64,000 bases of DNA from an uncultured bacterium. GTDB taxonomy: Bacteria > Patescibacteriota > Patescibacteriia > Patescibacteriales > UBA12465. The stretch lies in assembly GCA_942492765.1 (NCBI GenBank), contig OW818634.1, forward strand, positions 281,159 through 345,158. Direction: 5' to 3'. The notes beneath the pieces were generated by a model that worked only from the letters and a program-made list of their open reading frames with translations, had not been told where the DNA came from and searched no databases. Positions within the stretch are counted from its first letter, which is position 1. The number at the start of each line of letters is the position of its first letter. Made by a program: the position numbers and the translations under genes. Below are positions 17,580-26,830 of the stretch, piece by piece.

Positions 17580-18602
17580 TCAGGCTCCGAAACCCTGCAA
17601 TCTCTTGTTAGCTTCGATATCAAAGATAGTTTTCTTCAGTCCGTTCTCGAGCGTTACGACCGGCATCCAGCCGAGTTCGTTGCGCGCCTGATGGATATCT
17701 GGCAAGACCAGCTCGCTGAGAAACAGCTTATCTTCAGAATAAGCTATCTTAGAGCTAGAGCCGGTCAGAGACAAGATCGTCTTGACCAAGTCAGTTAAAT
17801 TAGTGTCTATGTCCGAACCGATATTGATCGGGCCCGTCAGTTCAGAATTCATGAATTTTCCGATCGCGTCGATAACGTCATCGATATAGCAGAAAGAAGA
17901 AGAGAAAGTCTCATCGCCATTGATAGTGACGTCGACATTATCCAGGGCATTCTTGATGAAATCCGGGATCATCTGATCATCATTCGCTTCCATGCGCGGA
18001 CCATAGACGCGGAAGAGGCGCATGATGCGCGCATCCACGCTATAGAGAGAGCGATAGTTGCTGACCACGGTTTCCGCAAAACGCTTGCCCTCATCATAAG
18101 AACTGCGCTCTGACAGCTGATCGACCGCGCCCAAATCGCTCTCTTTGACTTTCAGTTCGGGATTATCGGCGCGACGCGGACCATAGACGACCGAGGATGA
18201 GAATTGCAAGAGCTTAGAATTATATTTGACGGCCATATCCAGAAGATTCTTGACCACATAGGAATTCGCCAGAATAGTGGCTAAACGATTCTCTAGGAAG
18301 CGGCGCGGCGACATCGGACAAGCCAGATTATATATCTCCTGCAAGCCTTGGAATTCTATCTTGAATTTCTTCAGCTCCGGAAGCGTCTCTAAATCCAAGG
18401 GCTTAGATAAATCATGATTAATAAAAATGAAGTCAGGATTGGCGAGCAGATGATCGATATTGCGCTCGCTGCCGGTGATAAAGCTGTCCACGCAGATGAC
18501 CTTACTGGTCTTAACCAACTCATCGCAGAGGTGAGACCCGATAAAGCCGGCGCCGCCAGCGACGAGGATGTTTTTCTTATCAAAGATGACTTGCTTAGAC
18601 AT
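17580..18602 (-). CDS. UDP-glucuronate decarboxylase (UDP-xylose synthase)-like SDR
   Basis: 340 aa with ILVAGGAGFIGSHLCDELV, VDSFITGSERNIDHL, and the catalytic YDEGKRFAE motif characteristic of the UXS/ArnA-decarboxylase type. Confidence 0.75.
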   Translation of the reverse strand: MSKQVIFDKKNILVAGGAGFIGSHLCDELVKTSKVICVDSFITGSERNIDHLLANPDFIFINHDLSKPLDLETLPELKKFKIEFQGLQEIYNLACPMSPRRFLENRLATILANSYVVKNLLDMAVKYNSKLLQFSSSVVYGPRRADNPELKVKESDLGAVDQLSERSSYDEGKRFAETVVSNYRSLYSVDARIMRLFRVYGPRMEANDDQMIPDFIKNALDNVDVTINGDETFSSSFCYIDDVIDAIGKFMNSELTGPINIGSDIDTNLTDLVKTILSLTGSSSKIAYSEDKLFLSELVLPDIHQARNELGWMPVVTLENGLKKTIFDIEANKRLQGFGA

Positions 18603-18609
18603 ATGATTA

Positions 18610-20640
18610 TTAGTTACTGATCTTTATTATACCAATATTAACGCCGCCGTTCCAGTTTTCCTCCCAAGCGTAGAACGATTCCATTAATTCTCCGCGAGTG
18701 CTGAAGACGCGGACATGGGGTGCGGCTCCCGCCTGAGCGGCCGTAGCTATTTCAGGCAAGCCGTCGTTATTCAAGTCGCCGGCAGACAGGTTCACCCCGC
18801 CTTGCCAATTGCGGCTATAAGCTAAGAACTGGCGCACCAGTGCGCCGCGATTATCAAAAATCTTTATCTGCGGATCACGGCCTTTGCCCGGAGAAACGAT
18901 GATGTTCGCCTTATTATGATCTTTGCGGCCGTTGATATTCGCGACCGCTATCTTCACTCCGCCACGGAATTTCTTTTCATAAGCTAAAAAAGCTCCGATA
19001 ATCTTGCCGTCAGCATGGAAGATCTTAACCATCGGCTCGGAGCCGGCGCCATAAGCGGCGACGATTTCCTGGTCGCCGTTGCCATCAATATCGCCAGCCG
19101 CCAGATTCAGGCCGCCGCGCCAATAGCGGCTGTCGACCAAAAATTGCTTCTTCAATTGGCCGTTGAAATTGAATATTTTGATTTGACCGGTGCCGCGCGC
19201 GGCTTGGGCAACGGCTATCTCCATCTGCTCATCGCCGTCAATATCAATCAAAGCGACGCTCACCCCGCCGCGAAAATACTTGTCATAAGCTAATATCTGC
19301 TTGATCAACCGGCCGCTTTCACTATAAATCATAATCTTCGGTTCGCTGCTCGGCCCCGCGCCGACGATTATTTCTTCTAAGCCGTCGCTGTTGACGTCTC
19401 CGATGGCGATGCTTTCCCCGCCCTTGATATCTAGGGATAATTTATCGGCCAGATCGCCAGTGGCAGCCGTAAGCTTGGACTGCTTGGTCTTGACGGAGCT
19501 CTGCGGCAGAACGACTAGGCGTCCGACGCGGCTATATAATTTCTCTTTAGCCATCTCGACAGCCCGATTGACATTTAAGCGTCCGTTGCCCAGCTTGCCC
19601 TCATAGTCAGGATTTAAACGGCTGATATTATCAGTAGAAGCGAAAAGAATATTAACTATCTCGCGGCGGCTCAATTCCGGATTAGCCTGGGCGATTAAGG
19701 CTAGGGTCGCCGTGACTTGCGGCGCTGCCATGGAAGTTCCCGACCAATAGCCGTCATAGAGCTTATTCGGAAAATCAGCCACGCTGCCCGCAGTCACTGC
19801 GCTGAAGAAGCTGATGCCCGGAGCGACTAAGTCGACACAGCGCGATCCATAGCTGGAAAATTTAGCTTTCTGATCAAGCGCATCGGTCGCGGCTACGCCG
19901 ATGACCATATTCTCGCCGATGAGCTCGCCGTCATAACAAGCCGGATAGATAGGCGTCTTCTCGATATCATAACCGACGCCGTCCGCTTGCTCATTTCCGG
20001 CCGCGGCGACGATCATGATTCCGGCCTTATGCGCCCGGCGTATCGCTTCTTGCATGCCGTCGCTATAATTAAAAGAGACGAAGCTCAGATTTATTATATC
20101 CGCGCCATTAGCGATCGCGTAGTCAATCGCGCGGATGACATTGCTCAATTTTCCCTCTCCTTTATCATTTAGAACTTTTAGAGCCATGATCTGCGCCTGC
20201 CAGGTGATGCCGGCGACACCCTCGCTATTATTGCCGCGCGCGGCGATTATGCCGGCGACCATCGTGCCGTGAGAGACCCCAGCCTCAGTCCAGCCGGCCG
20301 TAAATTTCGGCGATGGGTCTGGGGCGTTATTAACGAAGTCCCAGCCATTCACGTCATCAATGAAGCCATTCCCGTCGTCATCAATATTATTTCCCGGAAT
20401 TTCCCGAAGGTTATTCCAGATATTATTTTTCAAATCGGGATGATTGATCTGTATGCCTGAATCGATTACCGCGATTACCATATCCGGACTGCCGGTAATC
20501 TTATCCCAGGCGCTGTCGGCTTTTATCTTAGATAAATACCATTGATTGCTATAAAAAAAATCGTTCGGCGTAATATTAGCCAAAACAGGCTCTGCCAGGA
20601 ACAGCGAGAGAATAAAAAAAGATGTTATCAGTTTTCTCAT
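18610..20640 (-). CDS. Secreted subtilisin-like (S8) serine peptidase with C-terminal FG-GAP/VCBS-like repeats
   Basis: The catalytic triad contexts are AVIDSGI (Asp), HGTMVAGIIAA (His) and GTSMAAPQV (Ser). The signal peptide is MRKLITSFFILSLFLAEPVLA, and the ATG at 20640 is preferred over the track start 20661. The C-terminal 263 aa form about five 50-55 aa repeats. Confidence 0.85.
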   Translation of the reverse strand: MRKLITSFFILSLFLAEPVLANITPNDFFYSNQWYLSKIKADSAWDKITGSPDMVIAVIDSGIQINHPDLKNNIWNNLREIPGNNIDDDGNGFIDDVNGWDFVNNAPDPSPKFTAGWTEAGVSHGTMVAGIIAARGNNSEGVAGITWQAQIMALKVLNDKGEGKLSNVIRAIDYAIANGADIINLSFVSFNYSDGMQEAIRRAHKAGIMIVAAAGNEQADGVGYDIEKTPIYPACYDGELIGENMVIGVAATDALDQKAKFSSYGSRCVDLVAPGISFFSAVTAGSVADFPNKLYDGYWSGTSMAAPQVTATLALIAQANPELSRREIVNILFASTDNISRLNPDYEGKLGNGRLNVNRAVEMAKEKLYSRVGRLVVLPQSSVKTKQSKLTAATGDLADKLSLDIKGGESIAIGDVNSDGLEEIIVGAGPSSEPKIMIYSESGRLIKQILAYDKYFRGGVSVALIDIDGDEQMEIAVAQAARGTGQIKIFNFNGQLKKQFLVDSRYWRGGLNLAAGDIDGNGDQEIVAAYGAGSEPMVKIFHADGKIIGAFLAYEKKFRGGVKIAVANINGRKDHNKANIIVSPGKGRDPQIKIFDNRGALVRQFLAYSRNWQGGVNLSAGDLNNDGLPEIATAAQAGAAPHVRVFSTRGELMESFYAWEENWNGGVNIGIIKISN
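18613..19401 (-). repeat. Coding tandem repeats (about 5 units of ~150-165 nt) encoding FG-GAP-like blades
   Basis: The peptide pattern recurs five times: GD[VIL][DN]xDGxxEI...P.[IV][KR][IV]F...G.L...F.AY....RGG[VL]. Examples are GDVNSDGLEEI, DIDGDEQMEI, GDIDGNGDQEI and GDLNNDGLPEI. Confidence 0.75.
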
Positions 20641-20675
20641 ATAACACCTTAATACTAACATATCTTAATTATTAT

Positions 20676-21890
20676 TTACAGACTCTTGATAACCTCTAAA
20701 GTCTCTTCGGCAGAGCGGCGCCAACTGAATTTTTTAACCTGTTCCAATCCTTTTACTATCAGGTCTTTTCTCAGATCTTCATCAGACAATATCCGGCCCA
20801 TCGCGGCCGCAATCGCCCGCTTGTCGTTCTGATCGAAATACAGGGCGGCTTCGCCGGCGACTTCTCTGAGCACCGGAATATCAGAAACAGCAGCCGGAAT
20901 GCCGCAAGCCAGGGCTTGCAAGACTGGGATGCCGAAACCTTCGTGCTTAGACGGAAAAATAAAAGCGGCGGCGGCGTTCATGACATAAGGCATGTCCTCT
21001 TCAGCTACCCAGCCCGGCATGATAACCTTGCCATTAAGATTAAATTCTTCAATAGTATATTTTATCTCGTCATACCCGAAGCCGGCATCGCCGATAAGGA
21101 CCAATTTCGCCTCCATATCCGGATGATTCTCTCGCAAGTAGGCGAACGCTTCCACCAGAGCAGATACGTTTTTCTTCTTTTCCAAGCGGCCGATATATAA
21201 GAAAAAAGGCGCCTCAAGAGCATACTTATCCAAAACGGCCTGAGTCTTCTCTGGATTTTCCGGCAAGCGGCGATAAAGATGATCAGGATAACCGTTATGA
21301 ACGACGGAAATCTTCGTCGCTGGAGTCTTGGGATAGAGATTCAGGATGTCCTGCTTGGTAAACTCGGAAACGGCAATGATCTTCTTAGCATGACGCAGGG
21401 CGAACGCGGTCGACCAATAAAGATAATCGACAGAATCGCTGCGGTAGCGGCCTAAGGTCAGAAGCCTGACAAAAAAATTTATCAGCTGGCGCGTTCCGAC
21501 TAAGCTGGTCTTGGCTTTGACTGCCCGATAAAGATTCTGCTCGCGGACAAAAGCGACATCATGGATAGTGTTGAGGGTGCGGCGCGGGCCGAAGAGCGGC
21601 AAAGTATGCGCCGGAATGAATAAAACGTCCGGACGGCGATACAGCATCTCCAGAGTCAAGCGGCCCAGAGTCCAGAAAGAAAAGAAGGGCCACTTCAAGA
21701 GCTTGAAGGAAAAATTCGGGTTATCTTTGACGGCCTCGATCAATTCCGGACGAGCCGGCTGATTGATATAGAGCCAATAAGTATTAGCCTTATCTATCTC
21801 CGCCAGATTCTTGATCAAGTAAAAAGAGTACCATTCGGTACCAGTCTTGTGGAGCAAATTAGCGCGCGAGGCGTCTATTCCGATAATCAT
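20676..21890 (-). CDS. Glycosyltransferase family 4
   Basis: 404 aa with FPSKHEGFGIPVLQALACGIPAAVSD (E-x7-E motif). Confidence 0.85.
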   Translation of the reverse strand: MIIGIDASRANLLHKTGTEWYSFYLIKNLAEIDKANTYWLYINQPARPELIEAVKDNPNFSFKLLKWPFFSFWTLGRLTLEMLYRRPDVLFIPAHTLPLFGPRRTLNTIHDVAFVREQNLYRAVKAKTSLVGTRQLINFFVRLLTLGRYRSDSVDYLYWSTAFALRHAKKIIAVSEFTKQDILNLYPKTPATKISVVHNGYPDHLYRRLPENPEKTQAVLDKYALEAPFFLYIGRLEKKKNVSALVEAFAYLRENHPDMEAKLVLIGDAGFGYDEIKYTIEEFNLNGKVIMPGWVAEEDMPYVMNAAAAFIFPSKHEGFGIPVLQALACGIPAAVSDIPVLREVAGEAALYFDQNDKRAIAAAMGRILSDEDLRKDLIVKGLEQVKKFSWRRSAEETLEVIKSL

Positions 21891-21900
21891 AATCCTCTGA

Positions 21901-22914
21901 TTATTTAGTGGCGAGGATGCTGCGTTTATAAGAATCCAAATTATCTAAAGCGATACCCGTGCCCTTGGCGACGCAAAGCATGGCGTCGTCAGCGACATAA
22001 GCGGAAACACCGGTAGTCCGAGCGATTAATTGATCGATATTGCGGAGCAAGGAGCTGCCACCGGTAAGCACTATGCCCTTATCCATGATATCGGCCGATA
22101 ATTCCGGCGGAGTCTTCTGCAGCACTTTCTTAGCGGCAGCGATTATCGCCTCTAGCTCGTTCTGGATAGCTTCAGTCACATCATCGCTCGAGACAGTCAG
22201 ACTGCGCGGCAGGCCGGTCACGATATCGCGTCCGCGTATCTCCAGATAAAGCTTATCCTCCATATATAAGGCCGAGCCGATATTGATCTTTATTTCTTCA
22301 GCTGTACGCTCGCCGATAGCCAGGTTATATTTCTTGCGAATATATTCCAGGATAGCAGCATCGAACTTATTGCCGCCGACGCGCACAGAAGTCGAAGCGA
22401 CGATTCCGCCCAAAGAAATGACGGCCATTTCCGCGGTTCCGCCGCCGATATCGATAACCATGTGCCCAGTAGCTGAGCCGATGGGTATGTCAGCGCCGAT
22501 AGCCGCCGCCACCGGTTCCTTGATGATATAGGCCGCTTTAGCGCCAGCCGCGATAGTCGCTTCAATGACCGCGCGGCGCTCAGTAGACGAAATGCCCGCC
22601 GGGACGGCGACCATGACTTCCGGACGGAATAAGCGGATGCCCCCTAAGGTCTTATTGATGAAATAGCGTATCATCGCTTCGGTCGCCCGATAATCAGCGA
22701 TGACTCCGTCCTTCAAAGGACGCACGGCCATAATAGTATCCGGGGTGCGGCCGATCATATCCTTAGCCTCGTTGCCGACAGCCAGGATCTTCTTGTCATG
22801 GATAGAGACTGCCACCACGCTCGGCTCATTAATAACAATGCCGCGCTTAGGCAGATGGATTAGAGTATAGGTTGTACCAAGATCGATTCCGATCCTTTTA
22901 ATAAACATACGCAA
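21901..22914 (-). CDS. mreB: Actin-like rod-shape protein MreB (paralog 1, not next to mreCD)
   Basis: 337 aa with IGIDLGTTYTL, VIDIGGGTAEMAVISLGG and VLTGGSSLLRNIDQLI actin-fold motifs. Confidence 0.9.
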   Translation of the reverse strand: MRMFIKRIGIDLGTTYTLIHLPKRGIVINEPSVVAVSIHDKKILAVGNEAKDMIGRTPDTIMAVRPLKDGVIADYRATEAMIRYFINKTLGGIRLFRPEVMVAVPAGISSTERRAVIEATIAAGAKAAYIIKEPVAAAIGADIPIGSATGHMVIDIGGGTAEMAVISLGGIVASTSVRVGGNKFDAAILEYIRKKYNLAIGERTAEEIKINIGSALYMEDKLYLEIRGRDIVTGLPRSLTVSSDDVTEAIQNELEAIIAAAKKVLQKTPPELSADIMDKGIVLTGGSSLLRNIDQLIARTTGVSAYVADDAMLCVAKGTGIALDNLDSYKRSILATK

Positions 22915-22986
22915 AAATATAACACTAATCTATCTTAGTATTTTTGTGAACATTAGTCAAACCGGTCAAAACCGGAAAATGAAGTC

Positions 22987-23430
22987 TTATTCTTCATAAT
23001 CACGATCGACGCTCTTCTCGCTGGCCGCGACTATCCGTTTGACTTTCTCGGCGAATTCAAAAGTATCGAATTCTTCCTTGAAGAAAACATAATCAGCGCC
23101 GAGCTGCAGGCTGCGCTGACGGCTGTCCTCGTCGCTCAGATCGGTAAAGATGAAGATCTGCTTATCATTGAGCTCATCGTCGGACTTCAATTTCTTAATG
23201 ATCTCGAAGCCGTCAACCTTGGGAAGAATGAGATCAAGAATAATATAATCCGGCTCGAAATCCCGAAGCTTATTGAATAATTCTTCCATCTCTTCGTCGC
23301 CAGTCGCGGTTTCCACCTCGAACTCATCAGCGGAAAACTGAGATTCTAGCCCGTAAAGAAGATTAGCGTCGTCTTCGATGATAAAGATTTTCTTGTTTTC
23401 CATATTTTTGATTATTTTAATTTCTTCCAC
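22987..23430 (-). CDS. Stand-alone response regulator receiver domain (CheY-like)
   Basis: Motifs are KIFIIEDD, the phospho-acceptor context DYIILDLILPKVDG, and the conserved Lys region (GADYVFFK). The track start at 23430 is GTG and overlaps the rfbB stop. The ATG at 23403 (MENKKIFIIEDD) is an equally plausible start. Confidence 0.8.
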   Translation of the reverse strand: MEEIKIIKNMENKKIFIIEDDANLLYGLESQFSADEFEVETATGDEEMEELFNKLRDFEPDYIILDLILPKVDGFEIIKKLKSDDELNDKQIFIFTDLSDEDSRQRSLQLGADYVFFKEEFDTFEFAEKVKRIVAASEKSVDRDYEE

Positions 23431-24374
23431 CAGGATTCATTAGCTTTATACCATTCTAGCGTAGCGCGCAAGCCCTCCTCGAAAGATTGGAGCGGCTCCC
23501 AGCCTAATTCCGCCCGCGCTTTGGAAAAATCAATCGCGTATCTCAAATCGTGGCCGAGACGATCGGGCACATATTCGATCATCTCTTCACCGCGACCCAT
23601 CAGGCTAAGTATCAGCTTGGTTATTTCCATGTTAGTCTTCTCGTTGCCGCCTCCTAGGCAATAAGTCTCGCCGATGCGGCCATGTTTAATGATCATATCG
23701 ACGCCGCGGTTATGGTCATCGACATGAATCCAGTCGCGGACATTCGCGCCCGCGCCATAAACCGGAACCTTCTTCCCTTCCATCAGGTTAGTGATAAAGA
23801 GCGGAATCAGCTTTTCTGGATATTGATAAGGTCCGTAATTATTGGAGCAATTAGAAATAGTGATCGGCAGCTTATAAGTATGGTAATAAGCGCGGACCAG
23901 ATGATCCGAACCAGCCTTAGAAGCGCTATAAGGAGAGCGCGGATCATAAGGAGTCTTCTCATTAAATTTCGGCGCGCCGAAATCCAAGGCGCCGAAAACC
24001 TCATCGGTCGAGATATGATGGAAGCGGATATGGCCGTTGTTCTTCGCCGCTTCCAATAAGGTCCGCGTCCCTTCGACATTAGTACGGATAAAGTCAGCGC
24101 TATTCTTGATAGAGCGATCGACGTGGCTCTCGGCCGCAAAATGAACAATGACATCTATTCCCTGCACCAGATCATTAACCAGCGCCGCATCGCAGATATC
24201 GCCTTTGACGAACTTATAGTTAGGATTATTCTCCACATCCTTAAGATTATCCAGATTGCCGGCATAAGTAAGCGCATCCAGATTGATAAGGCTGTCTTCC
24301 GGATATTCCTTCAGCCAATAGCGTATGAAGTTGGAGCCGATGAAGCCGGCGCCGCCGGTAACGAGTAATTTCAT
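23412..24374 (-). CDS. rfbB: dTDP-glucose 4,6-dehydratase (canonical)
   Basis: 320 aa with TGGAGFIGSNF, LDALTYAGNLDNLKD, the canonical HHISTDEVFG, YSASK, VRDWIHVDDH and RLGHDLRYAID. Confidence 0.9.
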   Translation of the reverse strand: MKLLVTGGAGFIGSNFIRYWLKEYPEDSLINLDALTYAGNLDNLKDVENNPNYKFVKGDICDAALVNDLVQGIDVIVHFAAESHVDRSIKNSADFIRTNVEGTRTLLEAAKNNGHIRFHHISTDEVFGALDFGAPKFNEKTPYDPRSPYSASKAGSDHLVRAYYHTYKLPITISNCSNNYGPYQYPEKLIPLFITNLMEGKKVPVYGAGANVRDWIHVDDHNRGVDMIIKHGRIGETYCLGGGNEKTNMEITKLILSLMGRGEEMIEYVPDRLGHDLRYAIDFSKARAELGWEPLQSFEEGLRATLEWYKANESWWKKLK

Positions 24375-24772
24375 ATTTTGGATAATAATTTATTCAAGAT
24401 TTCTTCAGCCTCGCCATATGCATATGGATGCTGCGGCCACTGCACATGGCCATCGCCCGCGTGGCGCGGAATGACATGGAAATGAATATGGGGGACGTTC
24501 TGCCCGGCCACCGGATCATTGTTAGTCGTAACATTATAGCCGAGAACTCCCAGCCTATCTTTCAATAAGCGGCCGATCTTCTTAACTGCTAAGATTATGG
24601 CGCACAAGTCATCTTCGCTCGCTTCTTCGATATTCTGATAATGCTTCTTGCTTAACACCAGGGTATGGCCCGCGTTGACAGGTTTGGCATCCAAAAAAGC
24701 AAAGATGCGATCATCTTCGTAAACCTTGGCGCAAGGAATCTCATTATTGATTATCTGGCAAAAAACGCACAT
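24371..24772 (-). CDS. HIT family (Hint-type) protein
   Basis: 133 aa with CVFCQII at the N-terminus and the histidine triad HIHFHVIPR. It has an ATGA overlap with rfbB. Confidence 0.85.
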   Translation of the reverse strand: MCVFCQIINNEIPCAKVYEDDRIFAFLDAKPVNAGHTLVLSKKHYQNIEEASEDDLCAIILAVKKIGRLLKDRLGVLGYNVTTNNDPVAGQNVPHIHFHVIPRHAGDGHVQWPQHPYAYGEAEEILNKLLSKI

Positions 24773-24773
24773 A

Positions 24774-25226
24774 TTATTTTATCTTATAAGGACTATCCTC
24801 TTTAGCTTCCCATCTGATCTCATCAATTTCTTCCTTCTTACCCTCTCCTTTATACAATTTATCAGGCAAGTTGATGCTCAAGGCCGCGATATCGGAAATG
24901 CATTTATAGCCATGGACGACGCCTGGCGGCACGATGACGAGGGTCGGATTGTCTTCTCCGACTTCAAGCTCTAAGGATTCGCCCTCGGTCTTCGAATCGC
25001 CGCGACGATCCCAAAGATAAAGGCGGAAAGCGCCCGGACCGAGGAACACGAAGCAGTCGCTTTGATGGACGTGTTCATGCGGGCCGCGGATGATTCCCGG
25101 CTTAGTCAGGCTGACATAGGCCATGGACATATCGAAAGCTAGCTCGTCGCGGCGGAATATCTCTGCCAGCCAGCCGCGGTTATCTTCGTATTTCTCTATC
25201 TTCTTGATGATGACTCCATTGATCAT
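24774..25226 (-). CDS. dTDP-4-dehydrorhamnose 3,5-epimerase-like cupin (short RmlC family)
   Basis: 150 aa with YEDNRGWLAEIFR and IIRGPHEH...DCFVFLGPGAFRLYLWD, which resemble the RmlC/WxcM cupin fold. It is shorter than classical RmlC. Confidence 0.65.
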   Translation of the reverse strand: MINGVIIKKIEKYEDNRGWLAEIFRRDELAFDMSMAYVSLTKPGIIRGPHEHVHQSDCFVFLGPGAFRLYLWDRRGDSKTEGESLELEVGEDNPTLVIVPPGVVHGYKCISDIAALSINLPDKLYKGEGKKEEIDEIRWEAKEDSPYKIK

Positions 25227-25227
25227 A

Positions 25228-26208
25228 TTATTTTATCTTAATTAAGCTAGTCTGAGCGCCGATATGGGCGACCTTGGCGGCCGCATTCTGCAAACTCAGA
25301 TGCAAGGCCTTATCGATATCGCCTTTGAACAGCGTCCAAGCCGCGGCAAATGAGGAATTAAAGATATCGCCGACGCCAGTAGTATCGACGCGCTTCTCTT
25401 CCTTGATGATATCATGCTGGATTATCTTCTGACCGTCAAAGACTATCACGCCGTCGCTGCCCATAGTGATTACGACGATCTTCGCGCCGAAGCTATGGAT
25501 GATCTTAATCAGACTCTCCGTATTATTCAAGACTATATGATCGGTATTCTTATAGCCTTCAGTATGCAAGACCAACGCCAGCGCCTCATCTTTATTGCAA
25601 GCGAGGACGGTAGTTTTCTTCAAATATGCCTTGATCTTATCAGCTCCGCCCAAAAGCTGGGTCATGCCCGGATTCCAGAAGACATTAGGTCCCTGCGGAG
25701 AGACGACTGAAAATATCTTTCTCAGATTCCCTGGCCAATCTCCAGCCAAGGAAGCTATATAGATGCCCTTAGTCTTCTTCAGATAAGAAATATCTTTCTC
25801 ATCTATCGCCAAAATCTTATTGGCGCCGCGCTGAGCGAAGATGATGCGCTCTCCGTTCGGAGCGATCAGGATAAACGATGACCCGCTCTCTTCGTTCTTG
25901 ATTCTTTTGATCATGCGGGTGTCGACATAGCGCGCCCTCAGGTTTTCAACGATCAAGCGGCCATTCCTATCGCTGCCGACCGGCGCCAGGCAGGCGGTCC
26001 GAAAGCCAAAATTAGCTAAACAAGCCGCGGCATTAGCTGCGCCGCCGCCGTAAGAATAATAAAACTTATCGACTTTTATCTTGGCGCCAGATTCAAACGC
26101 TAAAAGTTTCTGGCGCAGAATGTCGTTTCCATCTTTCATCAGCACCCCTTGGTCAGTGAAAAAAGAGATGTCGCGAGTCGTTCCGCCGATAGTTATGAAA
26201 TCATACAT
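25228..26208 (-). CDS. PfkB family carbohydrate kinase
   Basis: The probable start is the ATG at 26208 (MYDFITIGGTTRD); the track ORF extends to 26280. PfkB motifs are GGGAANAA and DTTGVGDIFNSSFAAA near the C-terminus. Confidence 0.8.
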   Translation of the reverse strand: MYDFITIGGTTRDISFFTDQGVLMKDGNDILRQKLLAFESGAKIKVDKFYYSYGGGAANAAACLANFGFRTACLAPVGSDRNGRLIVENLRARYVDTRMIKRIKNEESGSSFILIAPNGERIIFAQRGANKILAIDEKDISYLKKTKGIYIASLAGDWPGNLRKIFSVVSPQGPNVFWNPGMTQLLGGADKIKAYLKKTTVLACNKDEALALVLHTEGYKNTDHIVLNNTESLIKIIHSFGAKIVVITMGSDGVIVFDGQKIIQHDIIKEEKRVDTTGVGDIFNSSFAAAWTLFKGDIDKALHLSLQNAAAKVAHIGAQTSLIKIK

Positions 26209-26284
26209 ATATGTGGACAAGAATATATTATCGAAATAAATTACTATGGTAATAATAACATGAGAAACCCCTTTATCCAAAGGC

Positions 26285-26818
26285 TCAAGCCTTCTCTAAG
26301 AAGAACGGCTTGAAGCGGCGCGTCAAGGCGCCAGCCAGGCTGAACATTAATAAGCCGGCTGATCCGCTCCAGAGCATCTGATAAAAGAGATTAGACCAGA
26401 AAATTCCATTCCACAAGAAGAAAGCTCCAATAGAAGCGCCGGACAGATAGAACAGGAAGGCGGCAGCGATATCGTAAGCAGCCGTCGCCAAGAGCAGCAG
26501 CAACAAGAAAGAATACAAAGAACGGTTAGTCAGCCGGGTTTCCAATATCCAATTGGCAAAAATTACGGACAGGAAGAAAAGCAAGAGATAGAGGCCGAAA
26601 AAATAAAAAGAAAAAAGATCGAGCCAAAAGCCTAAGATCAAGGCGGCATACAACGAAGACTTGAATCCGAAAAAGAACAGGGTGAACATCAAGGCGATCA
26701 TCGCTAGGTTTATCTGGCTGAAAACTGAAGGCAGCGAAAAGATAAAAGAAAACTGGACGATGGCGACGCCTGAAAGCAATAAGATCAAGAATGCTATCTG
26801 CCAGATTTTTTTTATCAT
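26285..26818 (-). CDS. mreD: Rod shape-determining protein MreD (by position and topology)
   Basis: 177-aa polytopic hydrophobic protein immediately downstream of mreC. The sequence itself is poorly diagnostic. Confidence 0.55.
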   Translation of the reverse strand: MIKKIWQIAFLILLLSGVAIVQFSFIFSLPSVFSQINLAMIALMFTLFFFGFKSSLYAALILGFWLDLFSFYFFGLYLLLFFLSVIFANWILETRLTNRSLYSFLLLLLLATAAYDIAAAFLFYLSGASIGAFFLWNGIFWSNLFYQMLWSGSAGLLMFSLAGALTRRFKPFFLEKA

Positions 26819-26830
26819 AACCGGAATATA

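Noticed and set aside
22915-22986. The small palindrome ccggt-caaaa-accgg between the receiver gene and mreB1 could be a terminator or operator.
   Set aside because: It has only a 5-bp stem with a weak T-tract on the transcribed strand. That is insufficient to call, and I note it only as the single larger gap in the array.
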